A stretch of DNA of 64,000 bases, taken from positions 1 through 64,000 of the forward strand of contig JAKFBU010000044.1 of the NCBI GenBank assembly GCA_036676985.1, written 5' to 3'. The DNA comes from Candidatus Sericytochromatia bacterium (lineage in GTDB: Bacteria; Cyanobacteriota; Sericytochromatia; S15B-MN24; UBA4093). A program made the position numbers and the translations under genes. Within the stretch, counting starts at the first letter, position 1, and the number at the start of each line of letters is the position of its first letter. The notes below the pieces were generated by a model that saw only the letters and a list, made by a program, of their open reading frames with translations, was not told where the DNA came from and ran no database searches. Of this stretch, positions 50,378 to 58,906 are shown piece by piece.

Positions 50378-51631
50378 CTAGAGCTGCTTGGCCACCCACT
50401 CGTGGGCCCGGGGATCGGTGATGAGCTCCAGGTGGTTCAGGGGCAGGACTTCCTTCTTCAGCAGGCGGGCCCCACCCTTGACCAGGTCGTCGGTGTGGGT
50501 GGCGCTGGCGACGAAGGCGATGCCGTCCGAGGGGCCCGTGTGCTCGTTGTGGACGCCCTCGAGGTCCGCCTGGTCGCCCGCGAGGACCGAGAAGGCCACG
50601 CTGCTGTCGAGGGGATGCTTGCGCAGGTTCTCGATGTAGTTGCCCCCGTCCTCGATGGCCTTGTCGATGCCCTCGGACTTGCTGACGAGCCCCTGGCCGC
50701 CGTAGTAGGTGGTGTGCCAGTCGGCCTCGAGCGCGGGCAGGGGATACTCCTTGTCCCACCGGCGGAGCAGCTGGGCCTGGCCCGGGAAGTAGTTGCCGTA
50801 ACGGCTGTAGATCGACACCTCCGAGGTGTCCTGCCACAGGCCGAAGAAGAGTCCGCTGGTCCAGGGCAAAGGAGCGTTGAGATAGGGCTTGTCCTTCTCA
50901 GGGAAGAGGCCGTAGGCAAAGACGCTGTGGCGGAAGGTCGTATCGAGGCCGAGCATGGGCCCCGCGATGAACACCATCCGGCGGATGTCGTCCATGAAGG
51001 GAGTCATCCAGGAGTACTTGACGTGGGAGCCCAGGGCCCGGACGGCGACGGTGCCCTTGCTGTGGGAGACCACGTCGACCTGGGAGGCGCCGGTCACTTC
51101 GCGGATCCGGGCGATCGCCGAGTTGAGGTTCTCGGCCTGCAGGGTGTTGTCCCCGTGGCGGTGGGCGAAGGTGATGGCGAAGACGCGGCGGCCTTTCTCG
51201 GCGAGCGTGACGGCCAGGCCCTTCTTGCCGAGGGGCGCTATCCAGGAGCCGGTGCCGTCGGTGCCGGTGCCGTGCACGAGCAGGACGGGCGGGCGGGCGT
51301 CACCCTGGGCGTCCCAGCCCTTGAAATAGTGCAGGAGCACGTCGCTGGAAGGGGGCATGTCCGTGCCGAAGGCCTTGACGATCTCGTCATTCCGATGGCG
51401 ACCGTTGGAGCGCATCCGCTCCTTGGGGAAGGCGGCGAGGTTGCTCGACAGGCACTCGATCTTGTCCCACTGGGACGCCTTGATCGAGCGGGTCACGCGG
51501 AAGGTGGTCTGGGTCTTGCCCTGGGCGGCGACGAGGCCGTCGGTCTGGACGCGGGCGTCGGGGGCGCCGAGGCCGCATGCGGAGATCAGTAGGATGACCG
51601 ATAATGCGGCGATAGGACCAAGACTCTTCAT
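50378..51631 (-). CDS. Lipoprotein alpha/beta hydrolase, putative PHA depolymerase
   Basis: Lipobox ISAC; VLLVHG; SHSKG nucleophile elbow; SDG; NHL. Confidence 0.75.
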   Translation of the reverse strand: MKSLGPIAALSVILLISACGLGAPDARVQTDGLVAAQGKTQTTFRVTRSIKASQWDKIECLSSNLAAFPKERMRSNGRHRNDEIVKAFGTDMPPSSDVLLHYFKGWDAQGDARPPVLLVHGTGTDGTGSWIAPLGKKGLAVTLAEKGRRVFAITFAHRHGDNTLQAENLNSAIARIREVTGASQVDVVSHSKGTVAVRALGSHVKYSWMTPFMDDIRRMVFIAGPMLGLDTTFRHSVFAYGLFPEKDKPYLNAPLPWTSGLFFGLWQDTSEVSIYSRYGNYFPGQAQLLRRWDKEYPLPALEADWHTTYYGGQGLVSKSEGIDKAIEDGGNYIENLRKHPLDSSVAFSVLAGDQADLEGVHNEHTGPSDGIAFVASATHTDDLVKGGARLLKKEVLPLNHLELITDPRAHEWVAKQL

Positions 51632-51794
51632 CGACGTCTCTTCTCCCGGTGATGAAAGCAGCGTTTTAGCTTCTCGTTAATATATAGACAGCGAGGGGTT
51701 AAGACTGACGTTAACGAGCCCATGAGTTTGCTAATTTCTTGACATGGCGGCGCGGGCGGTCTTCGTCCCGCCGGCCGCGCCCTGCGGGGTCGCT

Positions 51795-51827
51795 TGTAAC
51801 TCCGATGTAACGACCGCTCGTTACGAT
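51795..51827 (+). promoter_or_regulatory. PHA-island direct-repeat promoter (MFS)
   Basis: TGTAAC-tccga-TGTAAC-N10-TACGAT. Confidence 0.8.
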
Positions 51828-51860
51828 GCCCAGGCACCGACACGCCAAGGAGGATCCTCA

Positions 51861-53117
51861 GTGACCACTCTCGAGAAGCCATCCTCGTACCGATACCTCG
51901 TCGCGGCCATCCTCTTCCTCACCTACGCCGCGTTCGGCCTCTCCTGGATCGCCGTGACCCCGCTCATCGGGGAGATCCAGACCGAGTACCAGATCAACAG
52001 CACCCAGTTCGGCCTGCTCAACACCCTGGTGACGATCGCCAAGGTCTTCGCCCCCTTGCTGACCGGCCTTTTGGCCGTCCGGATCGGGATCAAGAAGACG
52101 ATCCTCCTGGGCTCGCTCTTCATCTCCTGCGCGGCGCTCGCGCCCTTCGCGCCCGACTTCAACGCCTTCCTCGCCTCGCGCTTCATCTTCGGGGTGGGCG
52201 GCGCCATCGTCGTCACCCTGTTGAGCGCCTCGGCGATGCAGTGGTTCCCCAAGGACGAGCTGCCCCTGATCAACGGCTTCAACAACGTGGCGGTCAACAC
52301 CGGCATCACGGTCACGCTCTTCCTGACGGTGCCGCTCGCGGGCATGCTCGGCTGGCGCAAGACGCTCCTCGTCTACGGCCTGATCAGCGTCGCCCTGCTG
52401 GTGGCCTGGGCGGTGCTGGGGCGCGATCGCGCCGCCACGCCCACCGCGGCCTCCGCGGCGGCCCCCGCCGAGACGGCTCGCTACATGGACATCTGGCGCA
52501 TGAAGGAGACCTGGCTCATCGCCCTCATCTTCACGGGCCCGCTCGCTCTCTACCTGGCCTTCAACACCTGGCTGCCCAAGTACTACATGGAGGCCTTCGG
52601 CATGACCAAGGCGGCGGCGGCCCAGTACACCGGCATGTTCAACCTGATCGGCATCCCCACGGCCATCCTCTCGGGCATCATGACCAAGCAGCTGGGCCTG
52701 CGGAAGCCCTTCATCCTCGTCGCCGGCGTGCTCATCGGCTTCGCGGCCTTCGGGATGTTCGTCTTCAACCACCCCATGGTCATCCTGGCCTCGGCGGTCG
52801 TCCTCGGCATCTGCCTCTTCCTCGCCTCGTCGCCGCTCTTGACGCTCGCCATGGAGCTGCCGGGCATGACCCCCCAGAAGATCAGCCTCCTGATGGGCAC
52901 CATGTTCAGTTTCGCCTATGTCGTCTCCTCGCTCTCGCCCATGGTCGTGGGCTTCCTGCGGGACACCACGGGCTCCTTCGTGCCGGGCTTCACCGTCTGG
53001 GCCGTCGGCTCCTGGGTGGTCCTCCTGGGCGGCCTGCTCTTGCCCGAGACCGGGCCCCGCGCCAAGCGCCCATTGCTCGAGGCCAAGCCCGAGCCCGAGC
53101 TGGTCACAAGCCGCTAG
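51861..53117 (+). CDS. MFS transporter
   Basis: About 12 TM; RFIFGVG; QWFP; GFLRDTTGSF. Confidence 0.9.
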   Translation: MTTLEKPSSYRYLVAAILFLTYAAFGLSWIAVTPLIGEIQTEYQINSTQFGLLNTLVTIAKVFAPLLTGLLAVRIGIKKTILLGSLFISCAALAPFAPDFNAFLASRFIFGVGGAIVVTLLSASAMQWFPKDELPLINGFNNVAVNTGITVTLFLTVPLAGMLGWRKTLLVYGLISVALLVAWAVLGRDRAATPTAASAAAPAETARYMDIWRMKETWLIALIFTGPLALYLAFNTWLPKYYMEAFGMTKAAAAQYTGMFNLIGIPTAILSGIMTKQLGLRKPFILVAGVLIGFAAFGMFVFNHPMVILASAVVLGICLFLASSPLLTLAMELPGMTPQKISLLMGTMFSFAYVVSSLSPMVVGFLRDTTGSFVPGFTVWAVGSWVVLLGGLLLPETGPRAKRPLLEAKPEPELVTSR

Positions 53118-53175
53118 GAACGCGACTTTTTCCGACCCAGGGGCGCCTACCGCGACGGTAGGCGCCCCTGGCCGC

Positions 53176-53221
53176 TGTTACGGACGGCTGTAACGGTGCT
53201 GTAACGACCCTTTGATACGAC
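53176..53221 (+). promoter_or_regulatory. PHA-island direct-repeat promoter (small protein-phaB)
   Basis: TGTTAC-N7-TGTAAC-ggtgc-TGTAAC-N10-TACGAC. Confidence 0.8.
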
Positions 53222-53292
53222 CTATACGTCAACCGAGATGCCGGCGGCACCACTTGGCCGCCTCCTCGATCCGCAACACACAGGAGAGACCC

Positions 53293-53565
53293 ATGACCAC
53301 CGAGACCAAGAACCCCGCCAACGACCTCTTCGAACTCACCCGCACCGGCCTGGAGACCATGAAGTGGGGCCAGGACCAGGCGGACGCCCTGCTGCGCAGC
53401 GGCCTCGAGCAGGCTCAGACCATGCGCCACGAGGGCCACAAGGTGCTCGTCAGCATGCTGGACCAGGCCAAGGTCAACCAGGAAGAGTTCAACCGCCAGG
53501 CCGAGGAGAACCTCAAGAGCGTCATGCAGCTCGTTCCCGGCATGAGCCTCTTCTTCAAGCGCTAG
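53293..53565 (+). CDS. Small helical protein, phasin candidate 1
   Basis: AGGAG RBS; paralog of 56388-56681. Confidence 0.7.
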   Translation: MTTETKNPANDLFELTRTGLETMKWGQDQADALLRSGLEQAQTMRHEGHKVLVSMLDQAKVNQEEFNRQAEENLKSVMQLVPGMSLFFKR

Positions 53566-53650
53566 AATGGTTGGGGGGCGGACAGTCCCCCATTCTTCGG
53601 CTGCCCAAGCTCAAGTCGAGCGCCAGCAGGCGCTCGCCAAAGGAAACACC

Positions 53651-54391
53651 ATGAAACTACAGGAAAAGGTCGTCATCATCACCGGGGCGGGTCGCGGCAT
53701 CGGCCGTGAGAGCGCCATGAGCCTCGCCCGCGAGGGCGCCAAGGTCGTCGTCTGCGATCGCGACGCCGGCAGCGTGGCCGAGGTGGTCTCCAAGATCGAG
53801 GCCGCTGGCGGTCAGGCCATGGAGGGCACGGTGGACGTCACCGATCGTCCTCAGCTCACGGAGCTTGCCGAGCGCGTGGTCTCCAAGTGGGGCCGCATCG
53901 ACGTGCTCATCAACAACGCGGGCATCACGGCGGACTCCACGCTCGCCAAGATGACCGAGGAGCAGTTCGATCGCGTGATCGACGTCAACCTCAAGGGCGT
54001 CTTCAACTGCACCCAGGCGGTGCTGCCCAAGATGATCGAGCAGGGCAAGGGCAAGATCATCAACACCACGAGCGTCGTGGGCCTCTACGGCAACTTCGGC
54101 CAGACCAACTACGCCGCCACCAAGGCGGGCGTCATCGGCATGACCAAGTCCTGGGCCAAGGAGCTCGCTCGCAAGGGCGTGACGGCCAACGCCGTCGCCC
54201 CGGGCTTCATCATGACCGAGATGACCGCGGCCATGCCCGAGAAGGTCCTCACCATGATGAAGGAGAAGACCCCCGTGGGTCGCCTCGGTCAGCCCGACGA
54301 CATCGCCAAGGCCTATGTCTTCCTGGCCTCGGACGATTCGGACTTCATCAACGGCCACGTGCTCAGCGTGGACGGAGGCGTCGTCCTCTAG
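53651..54391 (+). CDS. phaB: Acetoacetyl-CoA reductase (FabG/PhaB-type SDR)
   Basis: TGAGRGIG, NNAGIT.D, GNFGQTNYAATK; PHA gene context. Confidence 0.8.
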   Translation: MKLQEKVVIITGAGRGIGRESAMSLAREGAKVVVCDRDAGSVAEVVSKIEAAGGQAMEGTVDVTDRPQLTELAERVVSKWGRIDVLINNAGITADSTLAKMTEEQFDRVIDVNLKGVFNCTQAVLPKMIEQGKGKIINTTSVVGLYGNFGQTNYAATKAGVIGMTKSWAKELARKGVTANAVAPGFIMTEMTAAMPEKVLTMMKEKTPVGRLGQPDDIAKAYVFLASDDSDFINGHVLSVDGGVVL

Positions 54392-54585
54392 GACCCGAGC
54401 CTGTCCGGTTCCCTCGAGCCCTCCTCGCCCGCCGCGGCGAGGAGGGCTCGACCCTTTGCGGGCGGCGGCAGGCCGCCCACGTCGGATGCACTGCCGCCCG
54501 GGCGAACGCTGTGCAACTTGTCCAGCGCCTCTCGGAGCCCCGGTGCTTACCATGACCGCTTGCGTACGAGGGGAAGGCGGTCGAC

Positions 54586-55746
54586 ATGGCACAGGGCAAC
54601 TCCTCAGCGGCCGTGGGGACGGGCGCGCGATACCGGGTGACGGCCGCCCACGAGGCGGTCGAGTGGGTGTGCATCGAACGCCTGTCGAGCACGATCGCGT
54701 CGTTTCCCCCCGAGCGGATGCGGGCGAACGGCCGGCACACGGACCCCGACATCGTGCGCGCCTTCGGAACGGCCGAGCCGCCCTCGAGCGACATCCTCCT
54801 GCACTACTTCAAGGGCTGGGAGAGAGCCCAGAAGGTCCCCGTGCTCCTGGTGCACGGGACGCTCCTGGACGCCACGAGCAGCTGGGTGCGGCCCCACGGG
54901 GCCTCCGGCCTCGCCAGCCGGCTCGCCAAGGCCGGTCATCCGGTCTTCGCCGTGACCTTCGCCCATCGCCACGGGGACAACGTCCTGCAGGCCGAGCAGG
55001 TCGCCAACGCGATCGCTCGGATCCGCCATGCGACCGGCGCCCGGTGGGTGGACGTCGTCGCCCACAGCAAGGGGGCCGTCGCCGCCCGGGCGCTCGCGAG
55101 CGGCCTCGCCGACGCCTACCAAGGCGACATCCGGCGCCTGGTGCTCATCGGCGCGCCCAACCGCGGCCTCGACACCACCTTCCGGCATGCGGTCCTCAAC
55201 TACGCCCTCTACCCCGAGAAGGCCGACTGGTACTGCAACGTGCCCATGGCCTGGACGCGCATCCTGTTCATGGGGCTGTGGCTCGACACGTCCGCCCAGA
55301 CCATGCTGCGGGGGTACGGCGATTACTTTCCGGGCCAGGCCCAGCTGCTCTGGCGCTGGGACCGGGAGTACCCGATCTCGCGCCTGGAGGTCGACTGGTA
55401 CACCACCTACTACGGCGGCCAGGGCTTCGTCAGCTACTCGCCGGGCATCGACCGGGCGATCGCCGAGGGCGGCCACTTCATGGAGCGATTGCGGGAGCGG
55501 CCCCTGGACTCCGGGGTGGAGCTCGCCGTGCTCGCGGGCGATCGGGCGGACATGGCGGGGGTCCACAACGAGCACACTGGGCCCTCGGATGGGATCGTGT
55601 TCCTGGAGAGCGCAGCGGCGACCGACGACATGCTCGGAGGCGGCGCCCGCCTCGTCGCCAAGGCCGTCCTGCCCCTGAACCACATGGATCTCATCATCGA
55701 TCCGACGGCCCAGCGCTGGGTCCTGGACGCGCTATGCGAGGCATGA
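54586..55746 (+). CDS. Cytoplasmic alpha/beta hydrolase, putative intracellular PHA depolymerase
   Basis: AHSKG elbow; paralog of 50378-51631; no signal peptide. Confidence 0.75.
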   Translation: MAQGNSSAAVGTGARYRVTAAHEAVEWVCIERLSSTIASFPPERMRANGRHTDPDIVRAFGTAEPPSSDILLHYFKGWERAQKVPVLLVHGTLLDATSSWVRPHGASGLASRLAKAGHPVFAVTFAHRHGDNVLQAEQVANAIARIRHATGARWVDVVAHSKGAVAARALASGLADAYQGDIRRLVLIGAPNRGLDTTFRHAVLNYALYPEKADWYCNVPMAWTRILFMGLWLDTSAQTMLRGYGDYFPGQAQLLWRWDREYPISRLEVDWYTTYYGGQGFVSYSPGIDRAIAEGGHFMERLRERPLDSGVELAVLAGDRADMAGVHNEHTGPSDGIVFLESAAATDDMLGGGARLVAKAVLPLNHMDLIIDPTAQRWVLDALCEA

Positions 55747-55761
55747 CGCGCCGCCTGGTCC

Positions 55762-55807
55762 TGTAACGGGGCCCTGTAACGGCCATGTAACGTCCCCTTG
55801 CTAAAAC
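55762..55807 (+). promoter_or_regulatory. PHA-island direct-repeat promoter (phaR2 operon)
   Basis: TGTAAC-N7-TGTAAC-ggcca-TGTAAC-N10-TAAAAC. Confidence 0.8.
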
Positions 55808-55844
55808 GCTTACATCAAGCGACCCAGCAGGAGGACCTCGACCC

Positions 55845-56330
55845 ATGACCACTTACGCCCCCACCCCCGACCTCTTCAAGGCCTGGAAAGACGCCTACGA
55901 CCAGTTCGAGAAGACCTGGACCAAGCCGATGCACGAGCTGATCTCCACCGAGAGCTTCGCCGCGTCCATGGGCGTCACCCGGGACAGCTACCTGACCAGC
56001 CAGAAGACCATGCGCGAGGGGATGGAGCAGTACCTCAAGAGCCTCCACATGCCGTCCAAGACCGACGTCTCCAACCTGGCGACCCTGGTCGTCAACCTGG
56101 AGTCCAAGGTCGAGCGTCTCGAGGATCGCCTGGACGACCTCGAGGAGCAGCTCGGCCGTCACGAGGGCCGCTTCGATCGCCTCGAGACCAAGCTCGACGC
56201 GATTCACGAGGCGCTCATCAAGCTCGCCTCCGCTCCGGTGGTCGAGTTCGTCGTGCCCTCGGCCGACGAGGCCGCCGCCGCCGCGGCCGCTCAGGCCGCT
56301 CCGGCTCAGAAGCGCCGCGCTTCCAAGTAA
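55845..56330 (+). CDS. phaR: PHA synthase partner subunit, class IV PhaR-like, copy 2
   Basis: AWKDAYDQFEKTW; MPSKTDVSNLATLVVNLESKV. Confidence 0.82.
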   Translation: MTTYAPTPDLFKAWKDAYDQFEKTWTKPMHELISTESFAASMGVTRDSYLTSQKTMREGMEQYLKSLHMPSKTDVSNLATLVVNLESKVERLEDRLDDLEEQLGRHEGRFDRLETKLDAIHEALIKLASAPVVEFVVPSADEAAAAAAAQAAPAQKRRASK

Positions 56331-56387
56331 CCCCCGCATCATCCCATCGACTGTCGCGCATCCTAGATGCCTGTGAAGGAGAATCCC

Positions 56388-56681
56388 ATGACCGCCACTG
56401 CCGAACGCACCGCCGCCGCCGCCACCACGCTGCCCAACGAGCTCTGGGAGATGGTCCGCTCGGGCCTCGAGACGAGTGTCTGGGCCCAGGACCAGATGGA
56501 CACCCTGACCCGCGCGTGGCTCGATCAGGCCCGCGTCACCCGTCACGACGGGCTGCGCGTCGTCGAGAACCTGATGGAGCAGGCCAAGACCAACCAGGAA
56601 GAACTCGTCCAGCTGTTCGAGACCAACTTCCGCCAGGGCATGAACTGGATGCCCAACTGGGTCTCGTTCGAGAACCGCTAA
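56388..56681 (+). CDS. Small helical protein, phasin candidate 2
   Basis: AAGGAG RBS; lies between phaR and phaC. Confidence 0.7.
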   Translation: MTATAERTAAAATTLPNELWEMVRSGLETSVWAQDQMDTLTRAWLDQARVTRHDGLRVVENLMEQAKTNQEELVQLFETNFRQGMNWMPNWVSFENR

Positions 56682-56742
56682 GCATCCAACGGCTTCCCTC
56701 ACGGGCCGGCGCGAGCCGGCCCGACCCCACGGTAGGAACCCC

Positions 56743-57813
56743 ATGAACAACACCGAGACGCTGGAACAGTACCGCAAAGACCTGGAGCGCTCCTGGAAGC
56801 GTACCGAGGCCGCCTTCGCCCACGCCCTGCACCCCAAGGTCCCGCAGGTGGGGCAGACACCCAAGGACGTCGTCTGGACCAAGAACAAGGCGAAGCTCTA
56901 TCGCTACCATGCCGTGGGCGAGCGCAAGCATGCGACGCCCATCCTGATGATCTACGCGCTCATCAACCGCCCCTACATCCTCGACCTGGCTCCGGGCAAC
57001 AGCATGGTGGAGTTCCTGGTCAACGAGGGTTATGACGTCTTCATGCTCGACTGGGGCGTCCCGGGCGACGAGGACAAGCACCTGCGCTTCGACGACTTCG
57101 TGATGGACTACATCCCTCGCGCGGTCAAGCAGGTCCAGAAGCTCTCCGGTTCCCAGGAGTTCAGCATCGTCGGGTACTGCATGGGCGGCGCCATGTCCGT
57201 CATGTATGCGGGCACGCACCCCGAGGCGCCTCTCAAGAACCTGGTCCTGATGGCCACGCCCGTCGACTTCTCGGAGGCCGGCCTCTACACGGCCTGGCTC
57301 AACCCCAAGTACTTCGACGTGGACCGCATCGTCGACACCTTCGGCAACGTGCCCTCGGACTTCCTGGACATGGGCTCCAAGCTCCTGAAGCCCATCCAGA
57401 ACTACGTCGGCCCGTCCATCACGCTGTACGATCGCCTGCATGACGACGAGTTCGTCAAGAATTGGCAGATCATGAACAAGTGGGTGGAGGATGGCATTCC
57501 CCTTCCGGGCGAGACCTACCGCCAGTGGATCAAGGAGTGCTACCAGCAGAACAAGCTCATCAAGGGCGAGTTGAAGCTGGGCGGGCGCGCCGTGAAGCTC
57601 GAGAACATCAAGGCGAACCTCCTCGCGGTGGTCGCCGAGCAGGACCACATCGTCCAGACCTGCCAGGCGTCGCCCATCCTCGACAAGGTGTCGAGCACGG
57701 ACAAGCAGGAGCTCCGGCTCCGGGCCGGTCACGTGGGCCTGGTCGCGGGCAAGAGCGCGAAGAAGCAATTCTTCCCCAAGCTCAACGAGTGGCTGGCCGA
57801 GCGCTCGAACTAG
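56743..57813 (+). CDS. phaC: PHA synthase catalytic subunit (class III/IV), copy 2
   Basis: VGQTPKDVVWTKNKAKLYRY, GYCMGG, DHIV, GHVG. Confidence 0.94.
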   Translation: MNNTETLEQYRKDLERSWKRTEAAFAHALHPKVPQVGQTPKDVVWTKNKAKLYRYHAVGERKHATPILMIYALINRPYILDLAPGNSMVEFLVNEGYDVFMLDWGVPGDEDKHLRFDDFVMDYIPRAVKQVQKLSGSQEFSIVGYCMGGAMSVMYAGTHPEAPLKNLVLMATPVDFSEAGLYTAWLNPKYFDVDRIVDTFGNVPSDFLDMGSKLLKPIQNYVGPSITLYDRLHDDEFVKNWQIMNKWVEDGIPLPGETYRQWIKECYQQNKLIKGELKLGGRAVKLENIKANLLAVVAEQDHIVQTCQASPILDKVSSTDKQELRLRAGHVGLVAGKSAKKQFFPKLNEWLAERSN

Positions 57814-57832
57814 AGCGGCGAGATATCCGCTG

Positions 57833-57949
57833 GAATCGCCACTCCCGTCATTCCCGCAGAAGCGGGAATCCAGCGTCGCCCATCGCGGAGGCTACAGGAC
57901 CCGGCTCCCGTCACCCCCGCTTTCGCGAGGGTGACGGGAGCGGTCATTC
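57833..57949. repeat. MITE/REP-like inverted repeat, family B
   Basis: gtcattcccgcagaagcgggaatcca...cccccgctttcgcgagggtgac. Confidence 0.75.
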
Positions 57950-58000
57950 ACGCCTAGCAACTGAAGGGGCCGGTCCTTGGACCGGCCCCTCGAGCGCTGC

Positions 58001-58033
58001 TGTAACGGGCCCGTAACGCCTGTTGCCTACTGT
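58001..58033 (+). promoter_or_regulatory. PHA-island direct-repeat promoter (bdhA)
   Basis: TGTAAC-gggcc-CGTAAC-N10-TACTGT. Confidence 0.8.
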
Positions 58034-58056
58034 GGTTGCCACAGGAGGATTCAAGC

Positions 58057-58830
58057 ATGCAGCGTTTCAAGGATCAGGTCGTCTTCATCACCGGTGGCGC
58101 GAGCGGTATCGGCCGCGCGATCGCCGAGGCCTTCGCGGCCGAGGGCGCCAAGATCGCGATCGCCGACCTCAACGCCGAGCAGGCCGCCAAGACGGCCGAG
58201 GAGATCGGCGGCGGGGCCATCGGCATGGGCTGCGACGTCTCCGACGAGGCCATCCTCAACGGCGCCATCGACCGGACCCTCGAGCGCTTCGGCCGCCTGG
58301 ACGTCCTCATCAACAACGCCGGCCTGCAGTTCGTTTCGCCGATCGAAGAGTTCCCGACCGCCAAGTTCGAGCAGATGATCAAGGTGCTGCTCGTGGCCCC
58401 CTTCGTCGCCATCAAGCGCGCCTTCCCGGCCATGAAGGCCCAGGGCTTCGGCCGGGTCATCAACGTCGCCTCCATCAACGGCCTGGTAGGCTTTGCGGGC
58501 AAGGCCGCCTACAACAGCGCCAAGCACGGCGTCATCGGCCTGACCAAGGTGGCGGCCCTCGAGGGCGCGGCCCACGGCATCACCGTCAACGCCCTCTGCC
58601 CGGGCTACGTGGATACGCCCCTGGTGCGCAACCAGCTGGCGGACCTGGCCCGGACCCGCGAGGTCCCGCTCGAGAAGGTGCTCGACGAGGTCATCTACCC
58701 GCTGGTGCCCCAGAAGCGCCTCCTGCAGGTCCAGGAGCTCGCGGACTACGCCATGTTCCTCGCGAGCTCGTCGGCCGCGGGCGTCACCGGCCAGGCGGTC
58801 GTGATGGACGGCGGGTATACGGCGCAATAA
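58057..58830 (+). CDS. bdhA: 3-hydroxybutyrate dehydrogenase
   Basis: NNAGLQ, GKAAYNSAKHG, CPGYVDTPLV, DGGYTAQ. Confidence 0.9.
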   Translation: MQRFKDQVVFITGGASGIGRAIAEAFAAEGAKIAIADLNAEQAAKTAEEIGGGAIGMGCDVSDEAILNGAIDRTLERFGRLDVLINNAGLQFVSPIEEFPTAKFEQMIKVLLVAPFVAIKRAFPAMKAQGFGRVINVASINGLVGFAGKAAYNSAKHGVIGLTKVAALEGAAHGITVNALCPGYVDTPLVRNQLADLARTREVPLEKVLDEVIYPLVPQKRLLQVQELADYAMFLASSSAAGVTGQAVVMDGGYTAQ

Positions 58831-58906
58831 GGAACCCGTTCGCCTTTCGACCAAGTAACGAGGCCTCCCCGGATCGGGGAGGCCTCGTCGTCTCGATGCT
58901 CGGGGG

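Noticed and set aside
51672-51716. TTAAC repeats upstream of the lipoprotein hydrolase as an eighth regulon site
   Set aside because: Different hexamer, 12-bp period and 11-bp spacing to the -10-like element.
43473-51824. GTAAC-N8-GTTAC palindromes (43473, 51807) as NtcA/CRP-type sites
   Set aside because: Spacing is not GTA-N8-TAC. The GTTAC arm overlaps the -10 hexamer and is absent at the other five promoters.
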